Shown here: positions 52,374 to 63,998 of the stretch, one piece after another
Layout: each line of letters opens with the position of its first letter
Position numbering within the stretch: position 1 is the stretch's first letter
From: Mobula birostris
Taxonomy: Eukaryota
Direction: 5' to 3'
NCBI RefSeq assembly: GCF_030028105.1
Contig: NC_092374.1
Coordinates: 56,305,016 to 56,369,015, forward strand
Length of the DNA: 64,000 nucleotides
Made by a program: the position numbers and the translations under genes
Notes under the pieces: generated by a model
Seen by the model: only the letters and a program-made list of their open reading frames with translations
What the model was told of the DNA's origin: nothing
Database searches by the model: none

Positions 52374-52962
52374 ACTCTCTAGAACATCCTTCCCAATTCT
52401 CTTGTCTTCCTGCCTCTTTTTGACCCTATAAGAAATTCCTTAAAACCTTTTGGGTTTTTTTTTATTTACTTTTTAGCTGGTCCGGCACAACATTGTGAGC
52501 TGAAGGGCCTGATCCTGTGCTGTATTCTTCTATGTTATGTTTTTAAAACTTTAACAAAACAGTGGGTCTCCAGTCCTAACCTCCTTGCATAGTTTGAAGT
52601 CTTTTTGTTTTCATTTCATTATATTGTGAAATGACTTGGATGTCACGCTACAGTTGTTGATAGTTTGTGGTACAGCTCCTGATTTGCTGTGAATTCATTT
52701 ACAAAAGTTCATGACATCCATCTGTCAAACACACCATTACAAGCTGAGTTTTCAAATATGTGACAGATGTACAAATGTGACCAATTAAGCTACCATTTTC
52801 ATTTGACAAATACAGTAATTTCTTGCATTCTAATTTACTTTTTTCCTGCATTTGCTGCACATTTTTACATGGTCACTCTTTCTCTGTGGCATGTTAATAA
52901 CAATAAAGTTGTGAAAATAACTAGATGGTCTTGGCATGGGAAACTATCAGATGGTGATTGAT

Positions 52963-53283
52963 AACACAAAATAATCTGCAGATGCTTGGGTCAAAGTAAC
53001 ACTCACAAAATCCTATGTTCATACCAAGGGGCTGGAGACTACCTAGACGGTATATGAGGGGTTGCTCCTCCAACCTGAGTTTAGCCTCATCATGGCAGTA
53101 GAGGAGGCCATGTATGGACATATCTGAATGGGAGTGGGAAGCAGAGTTGAAGTGGGTGGCTACTGGGAGATCCTGTCTGTTGTGGCAGATGGAGCGGAGA
53201 TGCTCGACGAAGCGGTCCCCCAATCTGCGTCGGGTTTCACCGATGTAGAGGAGTCCGCACCGGGAGCACCAGATGCAATAGAT
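52963..53283 (-). mobile_element. Inverted PLE arm (duplicate copy)
   Basis: Same as 38843-39163 at offset +14120. Confidence 0.83.
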
Positions 53284-56200
53284 ACTTTATACTTCATACT
53301 TTATTGTCGCCAAACAATTGGTACTAGAATGTACAATCATCACAGCGATATTTGATTCTGCACTTCACACTCCCTGGATTACAAATATTAAGTATTAAAA
53401 ATAGTAAAAATTAAATAAATATTAAAATTTAAATTATAAATCATAAATAGAAAATAGAAAAATGGAAAGTAAGGTAGTGCAAAAAAACCAAGTGGCAGGT
53501 CCTGATATTTGGAGGGTACGGTCCAGATCCGGGTCAGGATCCGTTCAGCAGTCTTATCACAGTTGGAAAGAAGCTCTTCCCAAGTCTGGTCATACGAGTC
53601 TTCAAGGTCCTAAGCCTTCTCCCGGAGGGAAGAGGGACGAAAAGTGTGTTGGCTGGGTGGGTTGTGTCCTTGATTATCCTGGCAGCACTGCTCCGACAGC
53701 GTGCGGTGTAAAGTGAATCCAAGGACAGAAGATTGGTTTGTGTGATGTGCTGCGCCGTGTTCACGATCTTCTGCAGCTTCTTTCGTTCTTGGACAGGACA
53801 GCTTCCATACCAGGTTGTGATGCACCCTAGAAGAATGCTTTCTACGGTGCACCTATAAAAATTAGTGAGGGTTTTAGGGGACAGGCCAAATTTCTTTAGT
53901 TTTCTCAGGAAGTAAAGGTGCTGGTGGGCCTTCTTGGCCGTGGACTCTACTTGGTTGAACCAAGTCAGGTCACTTGTGATATTGACTCCGAGGAACTTAA
54001 AGTTTTTGACCTGTTCCACTTGCGCACCACCGATGTAAATTGGGTCGTGCGGTCCGCTACTCCTTCTGAAGTCAACAACCAATTCCTTCGTCTTGCTGAT
54101 GTTGAAGGATAGGTTATTGTCTTCGCACCATGCCAGGTTCTTAATTCCCTCTCTGTACTCAAACTCATCATTACCCGAGATATGGCCTACAATTGTTGTG
54201 ACATCAGCAAACTTACATATTGAGTTTGATGGAAACTTGGCTACACAATCATGGGTGTACAGTGAGTACAGCAGGGGGCTGAGTACACAGCCTTGTGGGG
54301 CACCGGCGCTCAGAGTGATTGTAGAGGAGAGCTTGTCCCCTATTTTTACAGCCTGGGTTCTGTCTGTGAGGAAGTTGAAGATCCAGCTGCAGATCTGAGT
54401 GCTAAGGCCCAGGTTCCGGAGCTTAGGGATCAGTTTATCTGGAATGATGGTATTAAAGGCCGAGCTGTGGTCAATGAAAAGGAGCCTTACATATGCGTCT
54501 TTATTCTTCAGGTGTTCCGAGGAATGTAGGGCCAGAGAGATGGCATCTGCCGTTGACCTGTTGCTCCAGTAGGCGAATTGCAAAGTGTCGAGGTTGACTG
54601 GTAGGCTATGGTTGATGTGTGCCATAACCAATCTCTCGAAGCACTTCATAGCAATTGAAGTCAGAGCCACAGGTCGATAGTCATTCAGGCATACCACCTT
54701 GCACTTCTTCAGCACTGGGATTATCATTGCCTTCTTAAAACACGAGGGGATCTTAGACTGAAACAAGGAGCAGTTGAAGATGTCAGTAAACATTCCAGCT
54801 AGCTCGCTTGCACAGGCCAGGAGAACCCGTCCTCAGATGCCGTCTGGGCCTGTCGCCATCCTTGAATTTATCTTCAGGAAGGCCCTTCTAACGTCTTCCT
54901 CGGTGACGATGAATCTCGATGCCACCAGGTCCAGTTCATCAGGAGGAAGCGAGATGATCCTCTCCTGTTCGAACCTTGCGCAGAATACGTTAAGTTCATC
55001 AGGAAGAGAAGCGCCACAGTTATTGATATTCCCAGCCTTTTCTCTGCACCCAGTGATCTCATTTAGACCAGGCCATAGTCTACTGGCATCCCTTTGGTTA
55101 GCCTGGGCTTCCAACTTGGCGCCTCTTGGCGCCCTTAATGGCTTTCTGGAGTACACGCCTGGATTCCGTGTAGTGACTGGTATCCCCGGACTTAAAAGCC
55201 ACAGCTTTCTAGCCTTTAAAAGGGACTTGACCTCATAATTCATCCAAGGTTTCCAGTTAGGGAATACCCGGATCGTCTTACGAGACACACAGTCCTCTGT
55301 GCATTTCCAAATAAAGTCCGTGACAGCTGAGGCATACTCATCAAGGTTAGCTGCCGAGTCCTTGAATACTAACCAGTCTACCGATTCAAAGCAGTCACGG
55401 AGGACCTCATCCCTTTCCTCCGTCCAACGCGACACTACTTTTGACACCATGACCTCCTGCTTCAGTTTCTGTTTGTAAGCCGGGAGGAGGACTACGGCCT
55501 GATGGTCCGATTTTCTGAAGTGAGGTCATGGGACGGAATGGTAGGCATCCTTGACTGCTGTGTAGCAGTGGTCAAGTATATTCAGGCCTCGAGTGGGGCA
55601 GGAGATATTTTGGTATAACTTTGGCAGAGCCTTTCTGAGGTTGGCCTGATTAAAGTCCCAGGCTGTAATGATCAAAGCCTCTGGATACCTGGTCTCAAGT
55701 CCACTGCTGTTGGCATACAGTATGTTCAGAGCACACTCCACGTCCGCCTGGGGGGGAATGTAGACCGCTGTCGGTATGACCAAGGTGAATTCCCGTGACA
55801 GATAGTAGGGACGGCACGTCACCGACAGGTGTTCCAGGTCCGGGCTGCAGGAGCTTGTCAGTGCCACTGTGTCTGATTACCACGCAGTGTTGATCAGTAG
55901 GCAGACACCACCTCTCCTCGTCTTGCCCGAAGACACCGTGCGGTCCATCCAATGGATCGAAAATCCCTTCGATCGGATGGTACATTCGAGGGTGGCAGGG
56001 GAGAGCCAGGTCTCGGTGAAACAGATTACACAGCAGTTCTGCATCTCCCTGCAGTAGGTGAGTCTCCCTTTAAGATCATCCACCTTGTTCTCTATGTTCT
56101 CCACCTTGCACATTAGCTAGTAGGATGGTGGGCATAGGGACCCTGAAGCCCCTCAGCTTCAATCTGACCAGCAGCTCAGCTCTTTTCCCACGCTTCCTCG

Positions 56201-56930
56201 ATAAGTAGTGCATCTTTCCAGGTTTCCATCGATGCAGTGTGTTGTTGTCAGCTCTTTGAGGCAGGTGGATGCGTCCCGCGGGAATCGATTGGCAGGTCTC
56301 GTCGTCGTGCGCTCTGGGTCGAGCTGAGTAACGGCGGAGGCTCCACTGCCACTTCCAGCTGCCAGGGGTCCGGGCTGTCGATTGGGTTGGGCCCCGAAGC
56401 TGACACTTAATCCTGGAAGGCCGGGCTCCTGGCTGAAGCAAGTCCTTAAGCCAAGTCACGGTTGCGGAGGCCTCCGCTCCAGCCGAGCCTCGGGCTCGAT
56501 TTCTGAGGTCGGTGGCAGAGGCCTCACTTCTGGCAGCTGTGGATGGCCACCAACGGGGCTTTACGGTGGTCACTCCGGGGAAGCGTCTGGGGCACCTTGA
56601 GGTCTCCGCCGTCACTTCTGTGTGGTCGTCTGCTCCGGAGAGATGCTGGTCAGAATGGGCCAGGTCTCTGAGCGCTCCAGCGCAGTAACAGACCGCGGGT
56701 CTCCGGTAACGTGGTGGGCCTCGTTAGTCGGGTCCAGGTGCGGTCCAGAGTTTAAGAAGCAGTTCATGCGCGGTGGTCTCCAGCTGGGTCAGTAGCTTCG
56801 CCAGGGTGTTGTTGATCTTGATCTTGCTAAATTGGAGGTTTAGAAGGGTTTCTCAGGTATAGGATAGTGGAGAGCGCAGTTTGCTCGGGAGAGCATGCAC
56901 AAAGTCGCCAGTTACAGGCGCCACCTTTAA
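53284..56930 (-). mobile_element. Rex1/Babar LINE (duplicate copy)
   Basis: Same ORF set as 39164-42810 at offset +14120. Confidence 0.88.
53534..54793 (-). pseudogene. Rex1/Babar reverse transcriptase fragment (duplicate)
   Basis: Translation identical to 39414-40673. Confidence 0.85.
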
Positions 56931-56934
56931 GGGA

Positions 56935-57983
56935 CTTCTGCTGTTATCAATGATGCCCTCACCCACATCTCCTCCATTTCCCACACTTCAGCCCTCACCC
57001 CATCCTCCCGCCACAACAACAGGGACAGAGTTCCCCTTGTCCTCACCTACACCCCACCAGCCTCCGGATCCAGCAGATTATCCTCCGCAACTTCCGCCAC
57101 CTTCAACAGGACCCCACCACTTAGCACATCTTTCCCTCTCCGCTTTCCGCAGGGATCAGTCCCTCCGTGACTCCCTGATTCACACGTCCCTTCCCACGGA
57201 TCTCCCACTGGGCACTTATCCCTGTAAGCACAAGTGCTACACCTGTCCCTACACCTCCTCTCTTACCACCATTCAGGGCCACAAACAGTCCTTCCAAGTG
57301 AGGCAACACTTCACTTGAGAGTCTGTTGGGGTCATCTATTGCATCCGGTGCTCCCGGTGCAGCCTCCTCTACATCAGTGAAACCCAACGCAGATTGGGGG
57401 ACCGCTTTGTCGAACACTTCCGCTCCGTCGGCCACAACAGACAGGATCTCCCAGTAGCCACCCACTTCAACTCTGCTTCCCACTCCCATTCAGATATGTC
57501 CATACATGGCCTCCTCTACTGCCATGATGAGGCTAAACTCAGGTTGGAGGAGCAACACCTCATATACCGTCTGGGTAGTCTCCAGCCCCTTGGTATGAAC
57601 ATAGAATTCTCCAACTTCTGGTAATTCCCTCCCCCTCCCTTCCCCTATCCCTATGTCACTCTGCCCCCTCCCCCAACTGCCTATCACCTCCCTCGTGGTT
57701 CCCCCTCCTTCTACTACCCATTGTGTTTTCCCCTATTCCTCCTTCACCTTTTCTGCCTATCCCCTCCCTGCCTCCCCTCCCCCACCCCTTTATCTTTCCC
57801 CTTACTGGTTTTTCACCTGGAACCTACCAGCCTTCTCCTTCCCACTCTCCCCCCACCTTCTTCATAGGGCCTCTGCCTCTTCCCTCTTCAGTCCTGATGA
57901 AGGGTTCTGTCCCAAAACGTTGACTGATCGGTTCCACGGATGCTGCCCGACCTGCTGAGTTCCTCCAGTGTGTTGTGAGTGTT
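56935..57983 (+). mobile_element. Penelope-like element (duplicate copy)
   Basis: Same as 42815-43863 at offset +14120. Confidence 0.88.
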
Positions 57984-58728
57984 TCAGATGGTAATTGATG
58001 ATATTAGAGACAGCAGTTTAAGCTCAGTCAGAAGTGTAGGGTTTCCAGAACGCCTCAAGGAGGCTTCAAGAGGTTTGAGGAGAGAATTGTAGAGCTAACA
58101 ACCTCAGTAGTTGAAGGCAAGTTAGAGTGATAAAAATGAGAAATGTTCAAGAGGTCCAAATTGAAGGAACACAGAAATATGAAAGGGTTATAGAACATTG
58201 AACATAGAATAGTACAGCACATTACAGGCCCTTCAGACCACAATGTTGTGCCGACCCTCAAACCCTGCCTCCCATATAAACCCCCACCTTAAATTCCTCC
58301 ATATACCTGTCTAGTAGTCTCTTAAACTTCACGAGTGTATCTGCCTCCACCACTGACTCAGGCAGAGCATTCTACACACCAACCACTCTCTGAGTAAAAA
58401 ACCTTCCTCTAATATCCCCCTTGACCTTCCCACCCCTTACCTTAAAGCTATGTCCTCTTGTATTGAGCAGTGGTGCCCTGGGGAAGAACACCACTGTGGA
58501 CCTGAAAATTTCAATAGCAGATTAGACTGGAGAAGATTACAGAAATCTTTGGGAGGGATGGGTGGTGTGTAGGATGTGGGTTGTTATAACAGCAGGGAAG
58601 AAGTAGAATTGGAGGATCTTCCCATATTCTCGTATAATCCTTTCGCTTTACCATCTCACTTGGACTCTTTGATCTCATTATCTTTATTTTTACTTAGAAA
58701 TACAGCACAGTAACAGGACTTAGAAATT

Positions 58729-59758
58729 CACCCACGTGATCAATCAACGAGCCATACCACCCAATCACACCCACTTGACCAATCAACGAGCCATACCACC
58801 CAATCACACCCACTTGACCAATCAACGAGCCATACCACCCAATCACACCCACGTGATCAAACAACAAGCCATACCACCCAATCACACCCACGTGATCAAT
58901 CAACGATCCATACCACCCAATCACACCCACGTGATCAATCAATGAGCCATACCACCCAATCACACCCACGTGACCAATCAACGAGCCATACCACCCAATC
59001 ACACCCACGTGATCAATCAATGAGCCATACCACCCAATCACACCCACGTGACCAATCAACGAGCCATACCAGCCAATCACACCCACGTGATCAATCAACG
59101 AGCCATACCACCCAATCACACCCACTTGACCAATCAACGAGCCATACCACCCAATCACACCCACGTGACCAATCAATGAGCCATACCACCCAATCACACC
59201 CACGTGATCAATCAACGAGCCATACCACCCAATCACACCCACGTGATCAATCAACGAGCCATACCACCCAATCACACCCACGTGATCAATCAACGAGCCA
59301 TACCACCCAATCACACCCACGTGATCAACCAACGAGCCATACCACCCAATCACACCCACGTGATCAATCAACGAGCCATATCACCCAATCACACCCACGT
59401 GATCAATCAACGAGCCATACCACCCAATCACACCCACGTGATCAACCAACGAGCCATACCTGCCAACCACACCCACGTGATCAATCAACGAGCCATACCA
59501 CCCAATCACACCCACGTGATCAATCAACGAGCCATATCACCCAATCACACCCACTTGATCAATCAACGAGCCATACCACCCAATCACACCCACGTGATCA
59601 ACCAACGAGCCATACCACCCAATCACACCCACGTGATCAATCAACGATCCATACCACCCAATCACACCCACGTGATCAATCAATGAGCCATACCACCCAA
59701 TCACACCCACGTGATCAATCAACGAGCCATACCACCCAATCACACCCACGTGACCAAT
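58729..59758. repeat. 39-bp minisatellite (duplicate copy)
   Basis: Same order of variant units as 44609-45638. Confidence 0.95.
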
Positions 59759-60324
59759 TAACCTACTAACCCAACCACTTTTGGAACATGGAAGGAAACT
59801 GGAGCACCCTGAGGAAACCCATGAAGTCACAGAGAGAACGTACAAAGTCCTTACTGACAGAGGCAGAATAGAACCTGGGTCGACGTCATTGTAATAACAT
59901 TACTCTAACCATTATGTTACCATGCCATCCTGATCATAAGATTAATGCCACTTCTGATAATCCCATCACCCAAATTCTTTGATCCAAATTGTTACTTCAT
60001 ATCTCAGGAAATTTTCTAAGTCAAATTAAACACTTTCCAATCTTTGCTTCAACACTCTGCTCAACCATTCCCTCACCTTGTCTTCTGATTAATCCTAATA
60101 AAACAGTTGGTTTGTCTTTGATACAGTAGTTTCCTTAATAAGACTAGACTGTTTCAGGTCCGACCAATCTCTGTGTAAAAATATCTACATCTGATAACTC
60201 CCCTGAACTTTCCTCCACTCAACTTAGCATTCAAAGTCAGGATTGAACGTAGATCACTGGAGTTGTGAATCAGGTGGCTCTATCGTAGTGGCACCACTGT
60301 GTTGCCCAATTAACCTAAGGCAAT

Positions 60325-60470
60325 AGACAAGGCCTCAGTTAATCTCATTGAAAAGACAGTGGCTCCTACAATACTACAAAGGAGTTTAGACTGTGAATTC
60401 AGGTCTTTGGAATGGGACTTGAAAGCACAAACTTCCAGACTCAGAAATAAAATGCCCAGCTCAAGTCTAC
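60325..60470 (-). mobile_element. Old Deu-domain (SacSINE1-like) SINE remnant
   Basis: Minus strand tctgagtctggaagtttgtgctttcaagtcccattccaaagacctg...tcttttcaatgagatt resembles the Deu-SINE head as I recall it. Confidence 0.45.
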
Positions 60471-60697
60471 AGCTGCTTGCTCAGGCTGCCGCAAGACTGA
60501 ATTGAATCACTAGCTCTCTAGTTCATATTTTCAAATATGCAACCATACAGAAATTTCTCATATCATGTGTTATGTTTTGTAACTCCAGAAACAAATTGAA
60601 ATAAAAACACAGGAGCCAGGATGCTCCTCCCCCTTGTACCCCATCCATTTATATATATATAAAAAATATATTTTTTTTCTTCTTCTTTTCTCTCTCT

Positions 60698-63638
60698 CCA
60701 GATCTAACATACAGAGAGGCTCTGAGGAAAGAGAAGCAGAATAAACGGTGTAAAGACAGTAAGGTAGAAGAGCTGAAATGTGCGTACCTCAATGCAAGAA
60801 GCATCAGGAACAAAGGTAATGAACTGAGAGCTTGGATACATACATGGAATTATGATGTAGTGACCATTACAGAGACTTGGCTGGCACCAGGGCAGGAATG
60901 GATTCTCAATATTCCTGGATTTCAGTGCTTTAAAAGGGATAGAGAGGGCAGAAAAAGGGGAGGAGGGGTGGCATTACTGGTCAGGGACACTATTACAGCT
61001 ACAGAAAGGGTGGGTAATGTAGCAGAATCCTCTTTTGAGTCAATATGGGTGGAAGTCAGGAACAGGAAGGGAGCAGTTACTCTACTGGGGGTATTCTATA
61101 GGCCCCTTGGTAGCAGCAGAGATACAGAGGAGCAGATTGGGAGGCAGATTTTGGAAAGGTACAAAAATAACAGGGTTGTTATCATGGGTGACTTTAACTT
61201 CCCTAATATTGATTGGCACCTGATTAGTTCCAAGGGTTTAGATGGGGCAGAGTTTGTTAAGTGTGTCCAGGATGGATTCCTGTCACAGTATGTGTACAGG
61301 CCGACCAGGGGGAATGCCATACTAAATCTAGTACTAGGTAATGAACTGGGTCAGGTCACAGATCTCTCAGTGGGTGAGCATCTGGGGGACAGTGACCACT
61401 GCTCCCTGGCCTTTAGCATTATCATGGAAAAGGATAGAATCAAAGAGGACAGGAAAATTTTTAATTGGGGAAAGGCAAATTATGAGGCTATAAGGCTAGA
61501 ATTTGCGGGTGTGAATTGGGATGATGTTTTTGCAGGGAAATATACTATGGACATCTGGTCGATGTTTAGAGATCTCTTGCGGGATGTAAGGGATAAATTT
61601 CTCCCGGTGAGGAAGATAAAGAATGGTAGGGTGAAGGAACGATGGGTGACAAGTGAGGTGGAAAATCTAGTCAGGAGGAAGAAGGCAGCATACATGAGGT
61701 TTAGGAAGCAAGGATCAGATGGGTCTATTGAGGAATATACGGAAGCAAGAAAGGAGTTTAAGAAGGGGCTGAGAAAAGCAAGATGGGGGCATGAGAAGGC
61801 CTTGGCGAGTAGGGTAAAGGAAAACCCCAAGGCATTCTTCAATTATGTGAAGAAAAAAAGGATGACAGGAGTGAAGGTAGGACCGATTAGAGATAAAGGT
61901 GGGAAGATGTGCTTGGAGGCTGTGGAAGTGAGCGAGGTCCTCAATGAATACTTCTGTTCGGTATTCACCAATGAGAGGGAACTTGATGATGGTGAGGACG
62001 ATATGAGTGAGGTTGATGTTCTGGAGCATGTTGATATTAAGGGAGAGGAGGTGTTGGAGTTGTTAAAATACATTAGGACAGATAAGTCCCCGGGACCTGA
62101 CGGAATATTCCCCAGGCTGCTCCACGAGGTGAGAGAAGAGATTGCTGAGCCTCTGGCTAGGATCTTTATGTCCTCGTTGTCCACGGGAATGGTACCGGAG
62201 GATTGGAGGGAGGCGAATGTTGTCCCCTTGTTCAAAAAAGGTAGTAGGGATAGTCCGGGTAATTATAGACCAGTGAGCCTTACGTCTGTGGTGGGAAAGC
62301 TGTTGGAAAAGATTCTTAGAGATAGGATCTATAGACATTTAGAGAATCATGGTCTGATCAGGGACAGTCAGCATGGCTTTGTGAAGGGCAGATCATGTCT
62401 AACAAGCCTGATAGAGTTCTTTGAGGAGGTGACCAGACATATAGATGAGGGTAGTGCAGTGGATGTGATCTATATGGATTTTAGTAAGGCATTTGACAAG
62501 GTTCCACACGGTAGGCTTATTCAGAAAGTTAGAAGGCATGAGATCCAGGGAAGTTTGGCCAGGTGGATTCAGAATTGGCTTGCCTGCAGAAGGCAGAGGG
62601 TGGTGGTGGAGGGAGTACATTCAGATTGGAGGATTGTGACTAGTTGCGTCCCACAAGGATCTGTTCTGGGACCTCTACTTTTCGTGATTTTTATCAATGA
62701 CCCGGATGTGGGGGTAGAAGGGTGGGTTGGCAAGTTTGCAGACAACACAAAGGTTGGTGGTGTTGTAGATAGTGTAGAGGATTGTCAAAGATTGCAGAGA
62801 GACATCGATAGGATGCAGAAGTGGGCTGAGAAGTGGCAGATGGAGTTCAACCCGGAGAAGTGTGAGGTGGTACACTTTGGAAGGACAAACTCCAAGGCAG
62901 AGTACAAAGTAAATGGCAGGATACTTGGTGTGGAGGAGCAGAGGGATCTCGAGGTACATGTCCACAGATCCCTGAAAGTTGCCTCACAGGTGGATAGGGT
63001 AGTAAAGAAAGCTTATGGGGTGTTAGATTTCATAAGTCGAGGGATAGAGTTGAAGAGTCGCAATGTAATGATGCAGCTCTATAAAACTCTCGTTAGGCCA
63101 CGCTTGGAGTACTGTGTCCAGTTCTGGTCACCTCACTATGGGAAGGATGTGGAAGCATTGGAAAGGGTACAGAGGAGATTTACCAGGATGTTGCCTGGTT
63201 TAGAAAGTATGCATTATGATCAGAGATTAAGGGAGCTAGGGCTTTATTCTTTGGAGAGAAGGAGGATGAGAGGAGACATGATAGAGGTGTACAAGATAAT
63301 AAGAGGAATAGGTAGAGTGGATAGCCAGCGCCTCTTCCCCAGGGCACCACTGCTCAATACAAGAGGACATGGCTTTAAGGTAAGGGGTGGGAAGTTCAAG
63401 AGGGATACTAGAGGAAGGTTTTTTACTCAGAGAGTGATTGGTGCGTGGAATGCACTGCCTGAGTCAGTGGTGGAGGCAGATACACTAGTGAAGTTTAAGA
63501 GACTACTAGACAGGTATATGGAGGAATTTAAGTTGGGGGCTTATATGGGAGGCAGGGTTTGAGGGTCGGCACAACATTGTGGGCTGAAGGGCCTCTACTG
63601 TGCTGTACTATTCTATGTTATATGTTCTATGTTCTATG
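60698..63638 (+). mobile_element. Young CR1-clade LINE: complete ORF2 plus 3' UTR, no ORF1
   Basis: APE+RT ORF and a 3' tail of ttctatg-type repeats (63611-63638). Probable TSD ttttctctctct (60686-60697) / ttttctccctct (63639-63650). Inserted into a PLE pseudo-LTR. Confidence 0.95.
60860..63562 (+). CDS. CR1 ORF2 polyprotein (APE endonuclease + reverse transcriptase), probably RT-dead
   Basis: 900-aa ORF. APE motifs ITETW, GDFN, SDH; RT motifs KSPGPDG, NYRPVSLTS, QHGF, YMDFSKAFDKVPH, PQGSVLGP and FADN (normally FADD). The frame is open back to 60698 and includes LKCAYLNARSI. Confidence 0.9.
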   Translation: MTITETWLAPGQEWILNIPGFQCFKRDREGRKRGGGVALLVRDTITATERVGNVAESSFESIWVEVRNRKGAVTLLGVFYRPLGSSRDTEEQIGRQILERYKNNRVVIMGDFNFPNIDWHLISSKGLDGAEFVKCVQDGFLSQYVYRPTRGNAILNLVLGNELGQVTDLSVGEHLGDSDHCSLAFSIIMEKDRIKEDRKIFNWGKANYEAIRLEFAGVNWDDVFAGKYTMDIWSMFRDLLRDVRDKFLPVRKIKNGRVKERWVTSEVENLVRRKKAAYMRFRKQGSDGSIEEYTEARKEFKKGLRKARWGHEKALASRVKENPKAFFNYVKKKRMTGVKVGPIRDKGGKMCLEAVEVSEVLNEYFCSVFTNERELDDGEDDMSEVDVLEHVDIKGEEVLELLKYIRTDKSPGPDGIFPRLLHEVREEIAEPLARIFMSSLSTGMVPEDWREANVVPLFKKGSRDSPGNYRPVSLTSVVGKLLEKILRDRIYRHLENHGLIRDSQHGFVKGRSCLTSLIEFFEEVTRHIDEGSAVDVIYMDFSKAFDKVPHGRLIQKVRRHEIQGSLARWIQNWLACRRQRVVVEGVHSDWRIVTSCVPQGSVLGPLLFVIFINDPDVGVEGWVGKFADNTKVGGVVDSVEDCQRLQRDIDRMQKWAEKWQMEFNPEKCEVVHFGRTNSKAEYKVNGRILGVEEQRDLEVHVHRSLKVASQVDRVVKKAYGVLDFISRGIELKSRNVMMQLYKTLVRPRLEYCVQFWSPHYGKDVEALERVQRRFTRMLPGLESMHYDQRLRELGLYSLERRRMRGDMIEVYKIIRGIGRVDSQRLFPRAPLLNTRGHGFKVRGGKFKRDTRGRFFTQRVIGAWNALPESVVEADTLVKFKRLLDRYMEEFKLGAYMGGRV

Positions 63639-63998
63639 TTTTCTCCCTCTGACCCTCTCACTATACTCCTTGCCCATCCTCTGGGCTTCACTCCTCCCCT
63701 TTTCTTTCTCCCTAGGCCTCCTATCCCATGATCCTTATGTATCCCTTTTGCCAATCAACTGTCCAGCTCTTGGCTCCATTCCTCCCCCTCCTGTCTTCTC
63801 CTATCATTTCGGATCTCCCCCTCCCCCCTCCCCTTCCCAAATCTCTTACTATCTCTTTTTTCAGTTAGTCCTGATGAAGGGTCTCGGCCCGAAACGTTGA
63901 CTGTACCTCTTCCTAGAGATGCTGCCTGGCCTGCTGTGTTCATCAGTAACTTTCATGTGTGTGGCTTGAAATTCCAGCATCTACAGATTTCCTTCTGT
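63639..63998 (+). mobile_element. Penelope-like pseudo-LTR (upstream part at about 60625-60697, split by the CR1)
   Basis: Pyrimidine-rich pLTR, hammerhead motif, gatgctgcctggcctgctg and ccagcatctacagatt tail. Confidence 0.8.
63867..63902 (+). ncRNA. Minimal type-I hammerhead ribozyme motif (PLE-associated)
   Basis: AGTC-CTGATGA-A-GGGT(CTCG)GCCC-GAAAC-GTT-GACT: helix I AGUC/GACU, intact core, perfect helix II, palindromic ACGU helix III. Confidence 0.75.

Larger units (their letters stand above)
46852..59992 (+). repeat. 13.1-kb direct duplication, copy 2
   Basis: Only difference noticed is a 1-nt G-run indel near the start (gcaggggtagg vs gcagggtagg). Confidence 0.97.

Noticed and set aside
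32731-59992. Giant LTR or a biologically amplified cassette
   Set aside because: No TG..CA termini or TSD, the content is a patchwork of unrelated old repeats, and the boundary coincides with an assembly gap.
61096-62965. Several antisense ORFs within the CR1
   Set aside because: Shadow ORFs of ORF2 codon bias.
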